A program made the position numbers and the translations under genes. The notes below the pieces were generated by a model. It searched no databases and was not told the DNA's origin. It saw only the letters and a program-made list of their open reading frames with translations. A stretch of 45,976 nt of DNA from Candidatus Limnocylindria bacterium (GTDB lineage: Bacteria > Chloroflexota > Limnocylindria > P2-11E): contig DATKCP010000180.1 of the NCBI GenBank assembly GCA_035513115.1, positions 1 through 45,976 of the forward strand, read 5' to 3'. How positions within the stretch are numbered: position 1 is the first letter of the stretch; every line of letters begins with the position of its first letter. Shown here piece after piece: positions 44,839-45,976 of this stretch.

Positions 44839-45881
44839 AGGGCGCGGAGAGCCGGTCGCCGACGCTGCTCGACGAGATCGACGAGGGCGCGGGCCACGCG
44901 CTCGGGGTCGTGACGGATGGTGTCCTGCTTCAGCCACAGGTCGCGCGGTCCGCTCCACTTGTCGATGATCGGCGCGGTCACCGGCCGCACGCCCAGGGCG
45001 CGGATGCGACCCAGCTCGTCGGCCGTGGGGTCGAGCAGCTCGAGACCCCGCTCCGCGTAGTGCACGCGGAGGTGCGCGGGCGGCGGGTCGTCGTTCACGA
45101 GCGCGACGTCGAGACCGGACCCGCCTAAATAGTCCTGCGCCGCGCGCACGTGGTCCGACAGCGACAGCGTGTCGGTCTGGCCAGGCTGGCGCGTCGTGTT
45201 CGCGACGTAGACGACGAGGCCCTCCGCGTTCGCGATGGCGCGCGCGATCTCCGGCACCAGCAGGCACGCGCACACGGTCGTGTACAGGCTTCCCGGTCCG
45301 AGCGTGATGAGGTCGGCCGACGCGATCGCCTCGACACTTCCCGGCGTGGCGCGGACGTGCGCGTCCTTGAGGAAGACGCGCGCGATCGGCACCTTCCCGG
45401 TCTCGCGGACGCTCACCTCGGTCTCCACGATCCTGCCATCGGTGAGCTCGGCGCAGAGGTGCGTGTTGTACAGCGTGACGGGCAGGACGCGGCCGCGGAG
45501 CTTGAGGAGGCGCGAGGCCTCCTCGACGGCGGCGAGAAAGGACCCCTCCTGCTGTGTCAGGGCCGCCAGGAAGAGGTTGCCGAAGGCCATGCCGTTGAGG
45601 TCCTCGCTCTTGTCCGTCTCGAAGCGGTGGTTGAACAGTCGCGCGAGGACGGGGTCTCCCTCCGCGAGGACCGTAAGGGCGTTGCGGATGTCGCCGGGCG
45701 CGGGCACGTCCAGGGCAATGCGGACCTTGCCCGTCGACCGTCCGGAGTCGGTGACGGCGATGAGTCCGGTGATGGCGGACGTGTAGGCGCGCAGGCCTGC
45801 CATCACGGTGGGCGCGCCCAGCCCGCCGCCCACGCAGACGACCTTCAGCGGCTCCACTGCCGCATCTTCGCAGATATGCAC
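44835..45881 (-). CDS. YvcK/CofD-family (UPF0052) protein
   Basis: VVCVGGGLGAPTVMAGLRAY...ITGLIAVTDSGRSTGKVR...GDIRN and GNLFLAAL are typical of the YvcK-like family. Confidence 0.85.
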   Translation of the reverse strand: MHICEDAAVEPLKVVCVGGGLGAPTVMAGLRAYTSAITGLIAVTDSGRSTGKVRIALDVPAPGDIRNALTVLAEGDPVLARLFNHRFETDKSEDLNGMAFGNLFLAALTQQEGSFLAAVEEASRLLKLRGRVLPVTLYNTHLCAELTDGRIVETEVSVRETGKVPIARVFLKDAHVRATPGSVEAIASADLITLGPGSLYTTVCACLLVPEIARAIANAEGLVVYVANTTRQPGQTDTLSLSDHVRAAQDYLGGSGLDVALVNDDPPPAHLRVHYAERGLELLDPTADELGRIRALGVRPVTAPIIDKWSGPRDLWLKQDTIRHDPERVARALVDLVEQRRRPALRAL

Positions 45882-45901
45882 CCTCTTGCTAGCCTGAACG
45901 G

Positions 45902-45976
45902 CGTGAAGCGTGCAGGCGCGTTCCTCCCGCTGTGGGCCCTGCAGTTCGTGATCGGGATCGTCGCGGTGCTGCTCGC
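45902..45976 (+). CDS. possible start of a membrane protein (partial, runs off the right edge)
   Basis: From GTG at 45902: VKRAGAFLPLWALQFVIGIVAVLL... The stretch is hydrophobic with high GC3. Only 25 codons are visible. Confidence 0.3.

Overview
Very GC-rich bacterial chromosomal segment with strong G/C bias at third codon positions. It holds about 60 tightly packed genes. Many junctions are 4-nt start/stop overlaps (ATGA/GTGA/TTGA), and several genes look leaderless. I saw no rRNA, CRISPR, transposase, integrase or phage gene set.

Gene content, left to right:
(1) 1-7797, minus strand: a six-gene, translationally coupled operon. It is led by a 1530-aa chimeric protein: receiver + GspE_N-like domain, one TM helix, FecR domain, 99 collagen G-X-Y triplets, then a tail-fibre-like repeat region. 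It is followed by three tandem paralogous membrane-anchored proteins, a TPR lipoprotein and a polytopic membrane protein. This is my best candidate for an undescribed system, possibly a phospho-regulated surface fibre.
(2) A degenerate membrane-anchored receiver, a NarL-type response regulator and a MOP/Wzx-like flippase.
(3) DUF1858-Mrp Fe-S carrier ATPase plus a Trm112-like mini-ORF, a lipoprotein, and a metal ABC importer with a divergent Fur/Zur-family regulator.
(4) A metal island: YibE/F protein, His-rich NiCoT-like transporter, a second Fur-family regulator, a YcnI-like protein, a CopC-CopD fusion, a membrane cytochrome c and a cupredoxin lipoprotein.
(5) Hexapeptide acetyltransferase and PmbA/TldD.
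(6) An NYN (PIN-like) protein with RGG boxes, coupled to two single-domain receivers.
(7) TrxR fused to a cNMP-binding domain, an SGNH hydrolase with no canonical start codon, a DUF2269-like protein, an SDR and dxs.
(8) Another orphan receiver, then a cytochrome c-ECF sigma-anti-sigma operon placed back to back with a complete System I ccmABCDEFGHI operon.
(9) tRNA-His, a FecR paralogue, a duplicated zinc-ribbon protein, argF, a YvcK-family gene and a partial membrane ORF.

All calls come from reading the ORF translations and the DNA by eye. No database search was run.
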